Below are positions 10,120 through 20,962 of a stretch of DNA of 64,000 nt, one piece after another. The DNA lies in the NCBI GenBank assembly GCA_963701095.1, contig OY969564.1:1152001-1216000 (forward strand), in the 5' to 3' direction. The DNA is from an uncultured Methanoregulaceae archaeon (lineage in GTDB: Archaea; Halobacteriota; Methanomicrobia; Methanomicrobiales; Methanospirillaceae). Made by a program: the position numbers and the translations under genes. Every line of letters starts with the position of its first letter. Positions within the stretch are counted from its first letter, which is position 1. The notes beneath the pieces were generated by a model. That model saw only the letters and a list, made by a program, of their open reading frames with translations. It had not been told where the DNA came from and made no database searches.

Positions 10120-11652
10120 TCAACTTTTGAACCAGCCCAGCCGGTAAAATACCCATGCAGTGGCTATCATCGCGATACCCACGATCGTTACCATCTGGGC
10201 AAGGGAAATCGGCCAAGGGTTTCCCATGAGGTTTGCTCCCAGAAGACCGCCAACGATTGTCGGAATAATGGCGAGTGCTGTCAGGACTGCTATTAATTTC
10301 ATGACCCGGCTCATCTGGAATGAGGTCGCATCGAAATAATAGTCGGTGAGTGAGGATACATTTTCCGTTGTATCATCAGAGATATCGTACAGGTACGACG
10401 CCCGGTCAAGTAAGGCGGAAAACCGGGACCCGTCTTCCATGCCATGGAGGACGACTTTGCTCGTCACAATACTGTTGAGCACATCCCGGGTATGCAGGAG
10501 CCACGAGTGAATTTTGACGGATTCTTTTTTGAGTTTGAATGTTGCCCGCAGGAAGCTTGCCGGCTGCTCGCTGATAGTAAGGGAGCCGGTATATTCAAGT
10601 TCATCTTCAATAGCCCGGAGCGTTTCTTCGATCTCCGAAAGAGCATCCTGGAAGAACCGGTATGTTATTTCGGCTGGCGTAATTGTTTTGCTGCTGGCCA
10701 GAGCTTCACGCGCAATCAGGTCCGGAGCGTGAAGGGGAGATCCGGAAAAAGTCAGCAGCTGGTGGTCTTTACTTACGATGAGAATCCATTTCCATGTGAT
10801 GTACATCTTTTTTGGATTGGCAGTGCTTCGGCGGCGTTCCATGAGCTTGAGGTAGACCGCCGCACTGTTACCATGAGCTCGTGTCCAGGGAAATGCACGT
10901 TCCCTGAGTGCCTGATCAAGGAGGCTTAAAGGAACACCGGTCCATTTGTGTATTTTCAGGAGATCTTTTTTCTGCACCGAAGTAAAATCCTGCCACAGGA
11001 TGGTGCCTTCCGGGCCTCGTCTTGTTTCTTCAGATACACTATCGGGAATATCACTCAACAATTGAGTTGTCCAACCGGCTTCCCTTCCTGTACCAGCAGG
11101 CAGGAGTGTGCGAACCGTACATTCCCGTGTCGATTTTAACTCACTATTCCCGTTCGTATCTGACAGGGAATCCTGACGAGAATACGCTCTGGCACCAACT
11201 GCCGGAATCCGGGTGAGCCGTAGGAGTCGGACGGCGCCGGTTATATTCTGGTAGGGTCTGGTAAGAATCCCCGCGATAGGAACTATTACGATGAAAAGAT
11301 CCAGGATATGCCATGGATCCCCTACAAACTGCCGCCGGTTTTCTGCCACCGCTAGCTTGAGCGAATATTCGAGAATGAAGATTATCAGGATCGTTCCATC
11401 GATAGTGTTGAGGACAAGCTGGCTATCGGGAGGGACAGGTACTAAGTAAGGGATAATAAGAACAGGAATAAGTATCAGGGAAACCGCGATCATCAGGCCT
11501 TCTGAAAAAATGGCATTGACATTATTCCGGATCTTAGAGAATCGCCGTGATTCTTCCAGCTCCTGCCAGTCTTTCCAGCGCATGAACTGCTCCTCTCCGA
11601 TTTCGCTATCGTCAGTTTTATACGAGGAAATGCTGGCCTTGTCCGGATCCAT
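10120..11652 (-). CDS. Voltage-sensor (S1-S4) domain fused to CorA-family divalent cation channel
   Basis: N-terminal IFILEYSLKL / WHILD / RLLRLTR; C-terminal MSRVMKLIAV...PTIVGGLLGAN...FYRLGW CorA 2-TM module. Confidence 0.8.
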   Translation of the reverse strand: MDPDKASISSYKTDDSEIGEEQFMRWKDWQELEESRRFSKIRNNVNAIFSEGLMIAVSLILIPVLIIPYLVPVPPDSQLVLNTIDGTILIIFILEYSLKLAVAENRRQFVGDPWHILDLFIVIVPIAGILTRPYQNITGAVRLLRLTRIPAVGARAYSRQDSLSDTNGNSELKSTRECTVRTLLPAGTGREAGWTTQLLSDIPDSVSEETRRGPEGTILWQDFTSVQKKDLLKIHKWTGVPLSLLDQALRERAFPWTRAHGNSAAVYLKLMERRRSTANPKKMYITWKWILIVSKDHQLLTFSGSPLHAPDLIAREALASSKTITPAEITYRFFQDALSEIEETLRAIEDELEYTGSLTISEQPASFLRATFKLKKESVKIHSWLLHTRDVLNSIVTSKVVLHGMEDGSRFSALLDRASYLYDISDDTTENVSSLTDYYFDATSFQMSRVMKLIAVLTALAIIPTIVGGLLGANLMGNPWPISLAQMVTIVGIAMIATAWVFYRLGWFKS

Positions 11653-12027
11653 CTTTCAACTCCAATGGAATGATAATGGGCATTATGGATAAGAGGGTTT
11701 TGATTAGAAGGCTTGATGTTTTTTATGAATCGGGGTAGTTCCGGCAAATAATGAGGTTCTTAAAATCCATTCCTGATTTTATCAATAACGTTTTGTCAAT
11801 TTATCCGGAGATACGGGAATATTTTTTATTTTGCCAGAGTTTTATTGGTCGAGTAGAATGGCAGTATAATTAATCAATGCGGCGTCTGGGAGAAATCCAT
11901 TACTTTGTCCAGTGTATTAATTCATTCACAATTTCCGGACAAAGGCGTACTGCCTTAATCCTCATTTGCTGAGTTCGGGGACTGAGTTAGTGACTTAATT
12001 AAATCCCAAAAAAGGAATTCTGGTGTA

Positions 12028-13209
12028 TTAAAAATCAGTCATAATCCGGAACTGGTCGATCTCTTCCCGGTTGAGTTGGTCAAGGAATTCATCGGTTGCA
12101 TGCTCGATGTCCTTACTTGCTGTAATACTACGGCCAACCACAAGGATATCCGCACCGGCCTTGAGGGCATCTTTCACGACTTCGACCCGGATACCACCGG
12201 CGGTCGCGACGAGCAGTTTCCCGCCTGCTGCCTTCTTCATTGCGGCAATATCGCCCCACGCATGGGCGGTCTCTTCGGTGTCAATTGCCCGATGGAGTTC
12301 GACTATGTCCGGCTTCACTTTCAGCTTCTCGATGAGTTTTACCGGGTTCTGCACATTGAGCATATCGATAATCGAATAGATACCAACCTTTCGAGCTTCT
12401 GAAACTGCCTTCTCAATCGTTGAAGTTGGGGCTAGACCCGAGACCACAACTGCATCTGCTGTTGCATCCGCTGCCATACGGGCTTCGAGGTTGCCGGTGT
12501 CGAGAATCTTCAGATCAGCAATAATAAACGCATTGGGCCGAAGTTTCCGGATCTCACCGATAACAGAAAGGCCGAACTTCTTGATGAGTGGTGTTCCAGC
12601 TTCAATGATCACGTGATCGTTCTGCGGCACTTCCTTTAAGACCTGGGCGACTTTCCCCATATCAACGAGGTCCATAGCAACCTGCAGGTATGGCGGGTCC
12701 CAGAGGCGCTGCACCTTGAATCCCATGATACCGTGTGCTGCCCGGTCCTTCTCGTAGATAAGGGTCTTCTCGTCCGGGAATTTGTCAAGTGCCCGGCGGA
12801 GGGCAAGTTTTGTTGCGCCGTAGTTGTACCGGTAGATCCGGTTGTAGTCCTTTGCATCCGGGTGAACAAAAGCCGATGCTATAATCGCGATATCCTCGAT
12901 ATCGACATTTGCAAACACGCCTTCCTCAAGGCTGTCGGCAACCGCCTTAGCAACCGCTGCCTGGACAGGTCCGAACATTTCATTGACCTGTTCCATGCCT
13001 TTGAGCGTTACCTTTGGAATGATCACGGTTGCGGGCTTCGTGAGCAGGTTAGGGCGGACAACCGCTAAAAGCGGGGTGTGTCCCATGGACAGCTGGGATA
13101 CCGCATTTGCAAAAGCAGACCCGACCGGCCCATCCTTGTTTCCGAGCAACAGGTCGATGTGCGCAATTTCCGCGCCTTCGCCTATGAGTGCTTCTCCGAC
13201 AAGATACAT
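12028..13209 (-). CDS. fae-hps: Bifunctional formaldehyde-activating enzyme / 3-hexulose-6-phosphate synthase
   Basis: VGEALIGEGAEIAHIDL (Fae) plus LQVAMD, IEAGTPLIK and ADLKILD (Hps). Confidence 0.95.
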   Translation of the reverse strand: MYLVGEALIGEGAEIAHIDLLLGNKDGPVGSAFANAVSQLSMGHTPLLAVVRPNLLTKPATVIIPKVTLKGMEQVNEMFGPVQAAVAKAVADSLEEGVFANVDIEDIAIIASAFVHPDAKDYNRIYRYNYGATKLALRRALDKFPDEKTLIYEKDRAAHGIMGFKVQRLWDPPYLQVAMDLVDMGKVAQVLKEVPQNDHVIIEAGTPLIKKFGLSVIGEIRKLRPNAFIIADLKILDTGNLEARMAADATADAVVVSGLAPTSTIEKAVSEARKVGIYSIIDMLNVQNPVKLIEKLKVKPDIVELHRAIDTEETAHAWGDIAAMKKAAGGKLLVATAGGIRVEVVKDALKAGADILVVGRSITASKDIEHATDEFLDQLNREEIDQFRIMTDF

Positions 13210-13286
13210 GATACTCTTTTATCTCCGGTTACTTATGTGACCGTCAACCATGATAAGATTACGCGGGCAAATGCCCCGGAATGACG

Positions 13287-14078
13287 TTACACCAGCAGTT
13301 TCCCGGAAAAGATCTCCACAGCATGACCCCCGAGGATCACCCGATCGCCGGCAAGTTTGACCTTCACGGATCCTCCCCGGAAAGAGCACTGGAACCCGGA
13401 AAGTTCGGTTTTGTTGAGTTTTTCACCCCAGTACGGCCCGAGACAACAATGGGCAGAACCGGTCACCGGGTCCTCCGGGACACCAACGGCTGGAGCAAAG
13501 AACCGGGAGACAAAATCGACATCAGTAAGATCGGAAGCCGCCGTAACGATAATACCCCGGGTAGGAATTGCGGCGAGCGCAGCCATATCCGGTTCACAGT
13601 CGCAGACATCTGATGCAGTGGGAAGCTCCACAAGTACATCGAAACGGTTCCTGCCGACAAAGAGAGGGGTCGAGCCCAGAGCCTTGTCTAGACCGGGAAT
13701 AGGAGGAACCGCGTTTGCTGGCGTGGCTGGAAAATCAAGGTTAATCCATCCCTCTTCCTGCCGGGCAGAGAGTTTCCCGGAGAGTGTCTCGAACGTCACC
13801 GGCGACCCTTGAGGTACCCGATTTGTTTTCCAGAGTACAAAGGCAGAGGCAAGCGTCGCATGGCCGCAAAGATCTACTTCCTGTTCCGGGGTAAACCACC
13901 GCAGGTTCCAACCACCTGATGTTGGATGAACAAACGCCGTTTCTGAATGCTTTAGTTCTGCTGCAACCTCCTGCATCCAGGAAGGATCGGCAGGGCCGTC
14001 CAGGATGCAGACCGCGGCCGGGTTACCACGGAACGCAGAACGGGTAAATGCATCGACAACATGCAGCTCACAAGGCAT
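13287..14078 (-). CDS. PhzF family isomerase/epimerase
   Basis: VDAFT...GNPAAV, SETAF, LRWFTP.QEVDLCGHATLA and EDPVTGSA motifs. Confidence 0.92.
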   Translation of the reverse strand: MPCELHVVDAFTRSAFRGNPAAVCILDGPADPSWMQEVAAELKHSETAFVHPTSGGWNLRWFTPEQEVDLCGHATLASAFVLWKTNRVPQGSPVTFETLSGKLSARQEEGWINLDFPATPANAVPPIPGLDKALGSTPLFVGRNRFDVLVELPTASDVCDCEPDMAALAAIPTRGIIVTAASDLTDVDFVSRFFAPAVGVPEDPVTGSAHCCLGPYWGEKLNKTELSGFQCSFRGGSVKVKLAGDRVILGGHAVEIFSGKLLV

Positions 14079-14164
14079 GATAGAGGATTGGTATTCCGGC
14101 TCATAAAAGATCCGGGAAAATGGTAAATCTCACGTGTTCAATGAAAAAATGCTACGAGAAAACG

Positions 14165-14335
14165 TGGGGTTGGTGAGATTTGAACTCACGATCGACGGGT
14201 CTCTCCGACATGCATCAGTGCTCCAACGGGTCATCATCGAATCAACTCAGGAGACCCATTGTTCATCATCTGCGAGCACGAAAGAACGCAAAGACCGCTG
14301 GAGCCCGTCGCCATTCCGGGCTTGGCCACAACCCC
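14165..14335 (-). tRNA. tRNA-Trp(CCA) with 97-nt intron at 37/38 (intron 14201-14297)
   Basis: GGGGTTG/CAACCCC acceptor stem; ACGGG-CTCCAG|A-CCCGT anticodon arm split by the intron; GTTCAAATC T-loop. Confidence 0.95.
14201..14297 (-). ncRNA. Intron-encoded box C/D guide RNA (targets C34 and C39 of tRNA-Trp)
   Basis: ATGATGA-guide-CTGA-ATGATGA-guide-CTGA; the guides are complementary to the anticodon arm under the N+5 rule. Confidence 0.9.
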
Positions 14336-14499
14336 GCAAATCCGTCACGAGAGCTAACAAAACTCCCTTGACTATACAAAATCGCGTTGACGAAATTTAA
14401 TAGTTTTCCTCCCTAAAAAACGGACCCGGAGGCCCCAAAACCCGTATTTATCGCCGGAGCCATTAATGATATATCCTGTCATTACTCCATTCTTTTACG

Positions 14500-16199
14500 A
14501 TGGATAAGGGCAGTTATACGTGCGGGACGTCAGAATTTCCCCTGCTGGGGATGACGATGGGTGAGATGATTGACCACACCGTGGCACGATACCCGGACAC
14601 CGAAGCGATTGTATCAGTCCACGAAAACATCCGCTGGACCTACCGGGAATTCCTCGAACGAATCAACATGGTGGCCCGCGGCCTTATGGGTATAGGCGTT
14701 GAAAAAGGCGACCGTGTAGGCATTTGGGCGATGAACCACGCCGATTGGGTTGTGATCCAGTTTGCCACCGCAAAAATCGGGGCAATCATGGTCAACATTA
14801 ATCCTGCATACCGCACCTACGAGCTCGAATACGCCCTCAAACAGTCCGAGATCCAGACCCTTATCCTGCAGGGCAGGTTCAAGACCTCCGATTACGTAGG
14901 AATGTTTTTTGAGGCCTGCCCTGAGGCCTGGGAGCAGAAGCCGGGCCACATCTCTTCAGAGAAATTCCCGTTTTTGAAAAATGTCATATTCATGGGCGCG
15001 ATCCCATACAACGGCATGTTCACCTGGGATGAACTCATGAAAAAGGCCGAAGAGATTACCATGGACAAGGTCGCTGACCGGGGAGAAAACCTCACGTTTG
15101 ACGATCCTATCAACATCCAGTACACCAGCGGCACCACCGGTTTTCCCAAAGGTGTCGTACTTACCCACCATGGTGTCCTCAACAACGGTTACATCATCGG
15201 GGAAGGCATGGGTTTTACCGAAAAAGACGGCTCTGTATCCCGGTACCTTTCTACCACTGCTTTGGCATGGTTTTGTCAAACATGGCCTGTGCAACCCACG
15301 GTTCGACGATGGTCCTTCCTGCTCCCACTTTTGATGCCGAGGAAGTGCTAAAAACCGTCGAAAAAGAGCGCTGCACTGCCCTTCACGGCGTTCCCACGAT
15401 GTTTATTGCAGAGCTCACCCACCCCAATTTCGCCAAATACAACCTCACATCCCTCCGGACCGGCATCATGGCCGGCTCACCCTGCCCGATAGAGGTGATG
15501 AAGCAGGTCAATACCCAGATGCATATGAGTGACATCGTAATCGTGTATGGCCAGACCGAAACATCTCCGGGGGTTACGATGACAACCACAAAGGATCCGG
15601 TCGAACGCCGCGTCACCACAATCGGTCGGGCGTTCCCCCACACCGAACTCAAGATTATCGATCCCAAGACCGGTAAAATTGTACCTATGGGCGAGATAGG
15701 TGAGATCTGTGCCCGCGGTTACTGTGTCATGAAATGTTATTACAACAACCCGTCAGCCACGCACGCCACGCTCGATAAGGACCGCTGGAACCATACCGGC
15801 GACCTCGCCACCATGGATGAGGAAGGCTATTTCAAGATCGTCGGCCGGTTAAAGGACATGGTGATCCGGGGCGGCGAGAACATTTATCCGAGGGAGATTG
15901 AGGAATTCCTCCACCACAACGAAAAGATAGCTGATGTCTACGTTGTCGGTGTACCGGACATAAAATATGGCGAGGAACTGTGCGCATGGGTGAAGATGAA
16001 ACCGGGCCAGTGCATGACCGATCAGGATGTAAAAGATTTCTGCAAAGGAAAGATCGCTCACTTCAAGATCCCACGGTATGTCCTTTTCGTGGACGACTTC
16101 CCCATGAGCGTCACCGGCAAGATCCAGAAATTTGTGATGCGGGACGAATCTATCAAAAAACTCGGCCTTGAAGCGGCGGAAAATATCAAAACCGCATAA
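14500..16199 (+). CDS. AMP-binding acyl-CoA synthetase; frameshift at about 15228
   Basis: [22 protein letters not shown] and [16 protein letters not shown] split over two overlapping ORFs (GACGG where GACCGG is needed). Confidence 0.9.
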
Positions 16200-16224
16200 A
16201 TTTTTTTTAGTCAGTAACACCGAT

Positions 16225-16925
16225 TCAGCTTGTTTTGCGAAGGAGTTCTTCTATAAGTTCAAGCTGGATATTCTGGATTTCGAGAATTTTTTGTCCCTGG
16301 TTTGTCATCAGAAAATCAATTTTTTTGTGGAGCCGGTGAATTTCCGCGTCCGTATGGATACTTACCTGGAAATCACGTTCTGCATGGAGCCGGTCGCGGA
16401 CTTCCTGCCGGTTCTGGCTCATGATAATAACCGGAGCCTGGACGGCAGCAAGGACTGAAGAACAAGGTTAAGCAGGATATAGGGATAAGGATCGAATGGC
16501 CGGGCAATCAAAATGTAGGAGTTCAGGCAGACCCACAAAAAAAGCAGGCCGGCAAAAACCAGAAGAAACGTCCAGCTCCCGGCGAACCCGGCGAGTGCAT
16601 CAGACACCCGTTCGCCAAAGGTCATCGTTTTTTCATATTCAACATTGTCATTTTTGGGGAGGTGATCTTCCACTCTTATGTTACCGTTAATGGTCCCTTC
16701 AAGCGAGACATAACTGTTTTTTTCCTGCTCTACGACGTCCCGGGCATATTGTATCATGAACCGGTCGAGATCGGCCTGACAGATGTATCCTTCCGGCGAC
16801 CATTCCGGGTATTCTTTTGTGATGCATTCAACTATCGACGCGGGAATCCGTTCAGCAGGCACAAGGTCGTCTTTTCTTTTCTGCCCCCCGCAAATCCTGC
16901 AGGGAAATGTTTCCTGATCCGCCAT
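16225..16925 (-). CDS. DUF1003 membrane protein; frameshift at about 16458
   Basis: FAGSWTF and FDPYPYILLNLVL, then MSQNRQ...DR in the next frame. Confidence 0.85.
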
Positions 16926-17288
16926 GATATGTTTCCTCTTGTATCATCATTGGATCTTCGCGTTCTAATTAGTTATTGGGCCACAAGGAGGGTTGTTAAA
17001 CATCGTTACATCGTAAAAAACATTCTTGGAAAGAGCCGTTGCAGGAATTGTGTAAATAATCATTTTTTAAAAAATATATTTTTTCTTTGAATATAGAGTT
17101 GCTAAGGAAAATATATATTTACAGTTAAGACAAATATATATTACTCTTCAGACGCCGGAGGATAGTTGACGGCCGTATTTTCTCTGGGAACGCGAGGAGT
17201 TTTCCTTTTACCGCATATCTGAGTATCAGGACATCATCTCCATAGGGAAAAGGATCAAAGACCATAAATTACGGAGTGGATAGTGTCA

Positions 17289-19115
17289 ATGCCCGCCCAA
17301 GGTAAAAAAAACATAAAATATCAGGTCTTATGTGTCGATGATGAAGCTCCGCTCCTTGACATTTGTACGGTGTTTCTTGAAAAATCAGGGGAATTCAGGG
17401 TAACGACTGCAATCAGCGCCTCGGACGGACTAAAGCTACTTGAAAAAAACCGTTTTGATGCAATTGTTTCAGATTACCAGATGCCAGGGAAAGACGGCAT
17501 CCAGTTCCTTGTCGAAGTAAGAAAGCGCCTTGGAGAGATCCCGTTTATTTTGTTTACCGGACGGGGAAGAGAAGAAGTGGTCATTCTTGCCATTGACAAT
17601 GGAGCCGACTTCTACGTCCAGAAAGGAGGGGAAACCAAAGCACAGTTTGCCGAACTTGCACACAAGATCCGGGTTGCAGTGACACGACGGACTGCGGAAA
17701 GCCAGATCTCAGAGTCTGAAAAATTTCTGCGAACGGTAATCGCTGATGCAAAAGAGGGCATTATCGTGTATGACCGGGATATGCGCATTACTCTCTGGAA
17801 CCGGTTCATGGAAGAGCTCACCGGCATGAGAGCATCAGAGGTCATCGGAAAAAACGCATTTGAACTGTTTTCTTTTCATAAACAGAACGGGATCGATCTT
17901 CTGCTTAATCAGGCACTTACTGGCACAACTATGGAGTCGCCGGATTTCGCGTTTAATATTCCCTCTACAGGACATACCGGATGGGCCCGGGGAGTTTATT
18001 CACCGAATTTTGATGTTCACGGCAAGATCATCGGTGTTATTGGCATCGTTCGTGATGTAACCGAGAGAAAAGAGGCTGTGGAGGCATTAGAAGAAAGTGA
18101 AAAGCGGTACCGGGACCTGTTCGATCATAATAAGGCTGTTATGGTTATCGTAGATCCAGATACCGGCAGTATCGTTAATGCAAACGCCGCTGCAAGCCAT
18201 TTTTACGGGTATACCAGGGAAGAGTTTTCCTCGATTACTGTTATGGACATCAACATTGCCGACACGGCAATAACACGGAATAATATGGCTACTATAGTTA
18301 AGAATCAGGGAGCAGTACTCAACATCAAGCACCGGAAAAAGAACGGAGAAATCCGTGATGTAATGATGTCCAGTGCGCCCATAACACTCGGGGGCCGACA
18401 ATTGATCCATTCTATAATCCAGGACGTAACAGAACGCATACAGGCAGAAGATGCGCTTCGGCAGACAAATACAAAACTTAACCTGCTTTCCAGCATCACC
18501 CGTCATGACATTAATTTCCAGATCACTGCGCTGATGGGCTACCTTTCTCTGCTTAAAAACACGCGAACTGATCCGGCACTCAATGAATATACTGAAAAAG
18601 CTTCAGAAGCTGCACAACACATCTCTTCCATAATCCAGTTTACCAAAGAATACGATACAATCGGCATCAAAACGCCGGTCTGGCAGAATCTTTACACGCT
18701 CGCAGAGATTGCTGCACAACAGGTGCCTCTCGGCAATATCAGGGTAAAAAACGATTTTCCAGCTGGTGCAGAAGTATTCGCCGATCCCCTTATCGTCAAG
18801 GTTTTTTACAACCTGATGGACAACGCAGTCAGGTTCGGTGGCGGGATCACCACCATACGGTTCTTTGCAGAGGAATCTACGGATACAGATGTGCTCTTCT
18901 GCGAAGATGACGGCAATGGTATACCTTTCGAGGAGAAAGAACGGATTTTCGATAAAGGGCACGGCAAGAATTCCGGCCTTGGTCTTTTCCTTTCGAAGGA
19001 AATCCTCTCTATTACCGGTATAACCATCAAAGAAACCGGCGAACCAGGAAAAGGTGCACGGTTTGCCATGACCGTTCCCAAAGGAGCATGGCGGATTGCC
19101 AGGACAGGTGCATGA
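17289..19115 (+). CDS. Hybrid receiver-PAS-PAS histidine kinase
   Basis: VLCVDDE and SDYQMP receiver; two PAS; ITRHDI H-box; NLMDNA, DDGNG and GLGLF boxes. Confidence 0.9.
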   Translation: MPAQGKKNIKYQVLCVDDEAPLLDICTVFLEKSGEFRVTTAISASDGLKLLEKNRFDAIVSDYQMPGKDGIQFLVEVRKRLGEIPFILFTGRGREEVVILAIDNGADFYVQKGGETKAQFAELAHKIRVAVTRRTAESQISESEKFLRTVIADAKEGIIVYDRDMRITLWNRFMEELTGMRASEVIGKNAFELFSFHKQNGIDLLLNQALTGTTMESPDFAFNIPSTGHTGWARGVYSPNFDVHGKIIGVIGIVRDVTERKEAVEALEESEKRYRDLFDHNKAVMVIVDPDTGSIVNANAAASHFYGYTREEFSSITVMDINIADTAITRNNMATIVKNQGAVLNIKHRKKNGEIRDVMMSSAPITLGGRQLIHSIIQDVTERIQAEDALRQTNTKLNLLSSITRHDINFQITALMGYLSLLKNTRTDPALNEYTEKASEAAQHISSIIQFTKEYDTIGIKTPVWQNLYTLAEIAAQQVPLGNIRVKNDFPAGAEVFADPLIVKVFYNLMDNAVRFGGGITTIRFFAEESTDTDVLFCEDDGNGIPFEEKERIFDKGHGKNSGLGLFLSKEILSITGITIKETGEPGKGARFAMTVPKGAWRIARTGA

Positions 19116-20920
19116 TGAATACCGTAATCAGGGTTCTCTGTGTCGATGATGAATCCGCATTTCTCGATATCAGTTCACTATTTCTTGAGCGGTCCGGAGA
19201 TTTCCAGGTAAAAACCGCTCAGAGCGCATCAGACGCCATAAAGTTACTTGAAACGGAACATTTCGATGCTATTATCTCCGATTACCAGATGCCCGGAATG
19301 GACGGGATCCAGTTTCTTGTCGAAGTACGGAACCGGTTTGGGCCGATTCCGTTCATTTTGTTTACCGGCCGGGGAAGAGAGGAGGTGGTCATCCTTGCAG
19401 TCGATAAAGGTGCCGACTCATATGTCCAGAAAGGCGGGGAAACAAAATCACAGTTTGCTGAACTTGCCCACAAGATCCGGATGGCCATAAAACGACGGAC
19501 CGCTGAAAACCGTAAGGAGGAATCCCAGGAAATCCTAAAAACGGTTATCGCGGAAGCAAAAGAGGGAATCATAGCTTACAACCGGGACCTGCGGATAACA
19601 CTCTGGAATCGGTTCATGGAAGAACTTACTGGCCTGAATGCTGCGGATGTGCAGGGTAAAATCACATTCGAGTTATTTCCCTTCATTGAACAGGCGGCGA
19701 ATGATGAGCTGATGAAAAAAGCGTTGACCGGAATAACGACGGAATCAGCCGATTTTGAGTTTTCCATTCCGTCGACCGGTAAAAAAGGGTGGGTAAAGAG
19801 CATTTATACCCCTAACTATGATGCCCAGGGGACAATCGCAGGAGTAATAGGGATAATCCGGGACGTTACAGAGAGAAAACGGGCAGAGGAGGCATTTCAG
19901 GAAAGCGAGGAACGGTACAGGAAGATGTTCGAGAACAGCCCTCTTGGCATGGTTCTTTCTACACCCGACCTGCGGTTTTTTTCGGTTAACCCGGCGTGGG
20001 TAACTATGACCGGATATTCGGAAAAAGAACTACTGGAGATGTCCTTTAAAGATATTACTCATCCGGATCATCTTGCCCTTGATCTCCAACGTGGGGAAGA
20101 ACTGGCAGCCGGAACGATACCGGTATACAGTATGGAAAAACAATATATCAGAAGAGACGGCAGCATCCTCTGGGGGCAGGTCCGGATCAGTACTATCCGG
20201 GATGAAAAAGGCACTCTTCGGTATTTTGCTGCCCAAATCGAAGATATCTCAGAACGCAAACTGTCCGGCGATGCTCTTAACAAAGCAAACAGGAAACTCA
20301 ACCTGCTTTCCGGTGTTACCCGTCATGATATCAGTAACCAGCTCACCGTCCTGGATGCATACATTACCTTACTGGAGGAACAGTATCAGGATCCCGATTC
20401 CCTCAAACAGTTCAAAAAGATTACCACTGCCATTCAGCGCATTAATGAGATGATCCAGTTTACCAAGGAATATGAGTCAATAGGTGTCAACGCACCTGTC
20501 TGGCAAAACTGCCGGACCCTTATAGAAACTGCGACTGGGCAGGCCCCGCTTGTATATATCATAGTGAAGAATGATATTCCCTTCAGTGCTGAGGTTTTTG
20601 CAGACCCCCTTATCGTAAAAGTCTTCTATAACCTCATGGATAACGCGGCGCGATATGGCGGAAAAATCACTACAATCCGGTTCTTTGTAAAGGAAGACAC
20701 AAACGATTATACAATTGTCTGCGAAGACGATGGCGACGGTATCGCTGCCGAAGAGAAAGAACAAATCTTTGAACAGGGATTTGGTAAGAATACCGGAATG
20801 GGACTGTTCCTTGCAAAAGAAATCCTCGATATGACGGGTATCACTATCCGGGAGACCGGCGTACCGGGTAAAGGTGCACGGTTTGAGCTTACTGTGCCAT
20901 TTGGATCATTCCGGACATAG
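19112..20920 (+). CDS. Hybrid receiver-PAS-PAS histidine kinase (tandem paralog)
   Basis: Same architecture (VTRHDI H-box); ATGA overlap with the previous gene. Confidence 0.9.
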   Translation: MMNTVIRVLCVDDESAFLDISSLFLERSGDFQVKTAQSASDAIKLLETEHFDAIISDYQMPGMDGIQFLVEVRNRFGPIPFILFTGRGREEVVILAVDKGADSYVQKGGETKSQFAELAHKIRMAIKRRTAENRKEESQEILKTVIAEAKEGIIAYNRDLRITLWNRFMEELTGLNAADVQGKITFELFPFIEQAANDELMKKALTGITTESADFEFSIPSTGKKGWVKSIYTPNYDAQGTIAGVIGIIRDVTERKRAEEAFQESEERYRKMFENSPLGMVLSTPDLRFFSVNPAWVTMTGYSEKELLEMSFKDITHPDHLALDLQRGEELAAGTIPVYSMEKQYIRRDGSILWGQVRISTIRDEKGTLRYFAAQIEDISERKLSGDALNKANRKLNLLSGVTRHDISNQLTVLDAYITLLEEQYQDPDSLKQFKKITTAIQRINEMIQFTKEYESIGVNAPVWQNCRTLIETATGQAPLVYIIVKNDIPFSAEVFADPLIVKVFYNLMDNAARYGGKITTIRFFVKEDTNDYTIVCEDDGDGIAAEEKEQIFEQGFGKNTGMGLFLAKEILDMTGITIRETGVPGKGARFELTVPFGSFRT

Positions 20921-20962
20921 ACCACCATCCCTAGATATACTACATTGGTTAGAGATCGCCTT

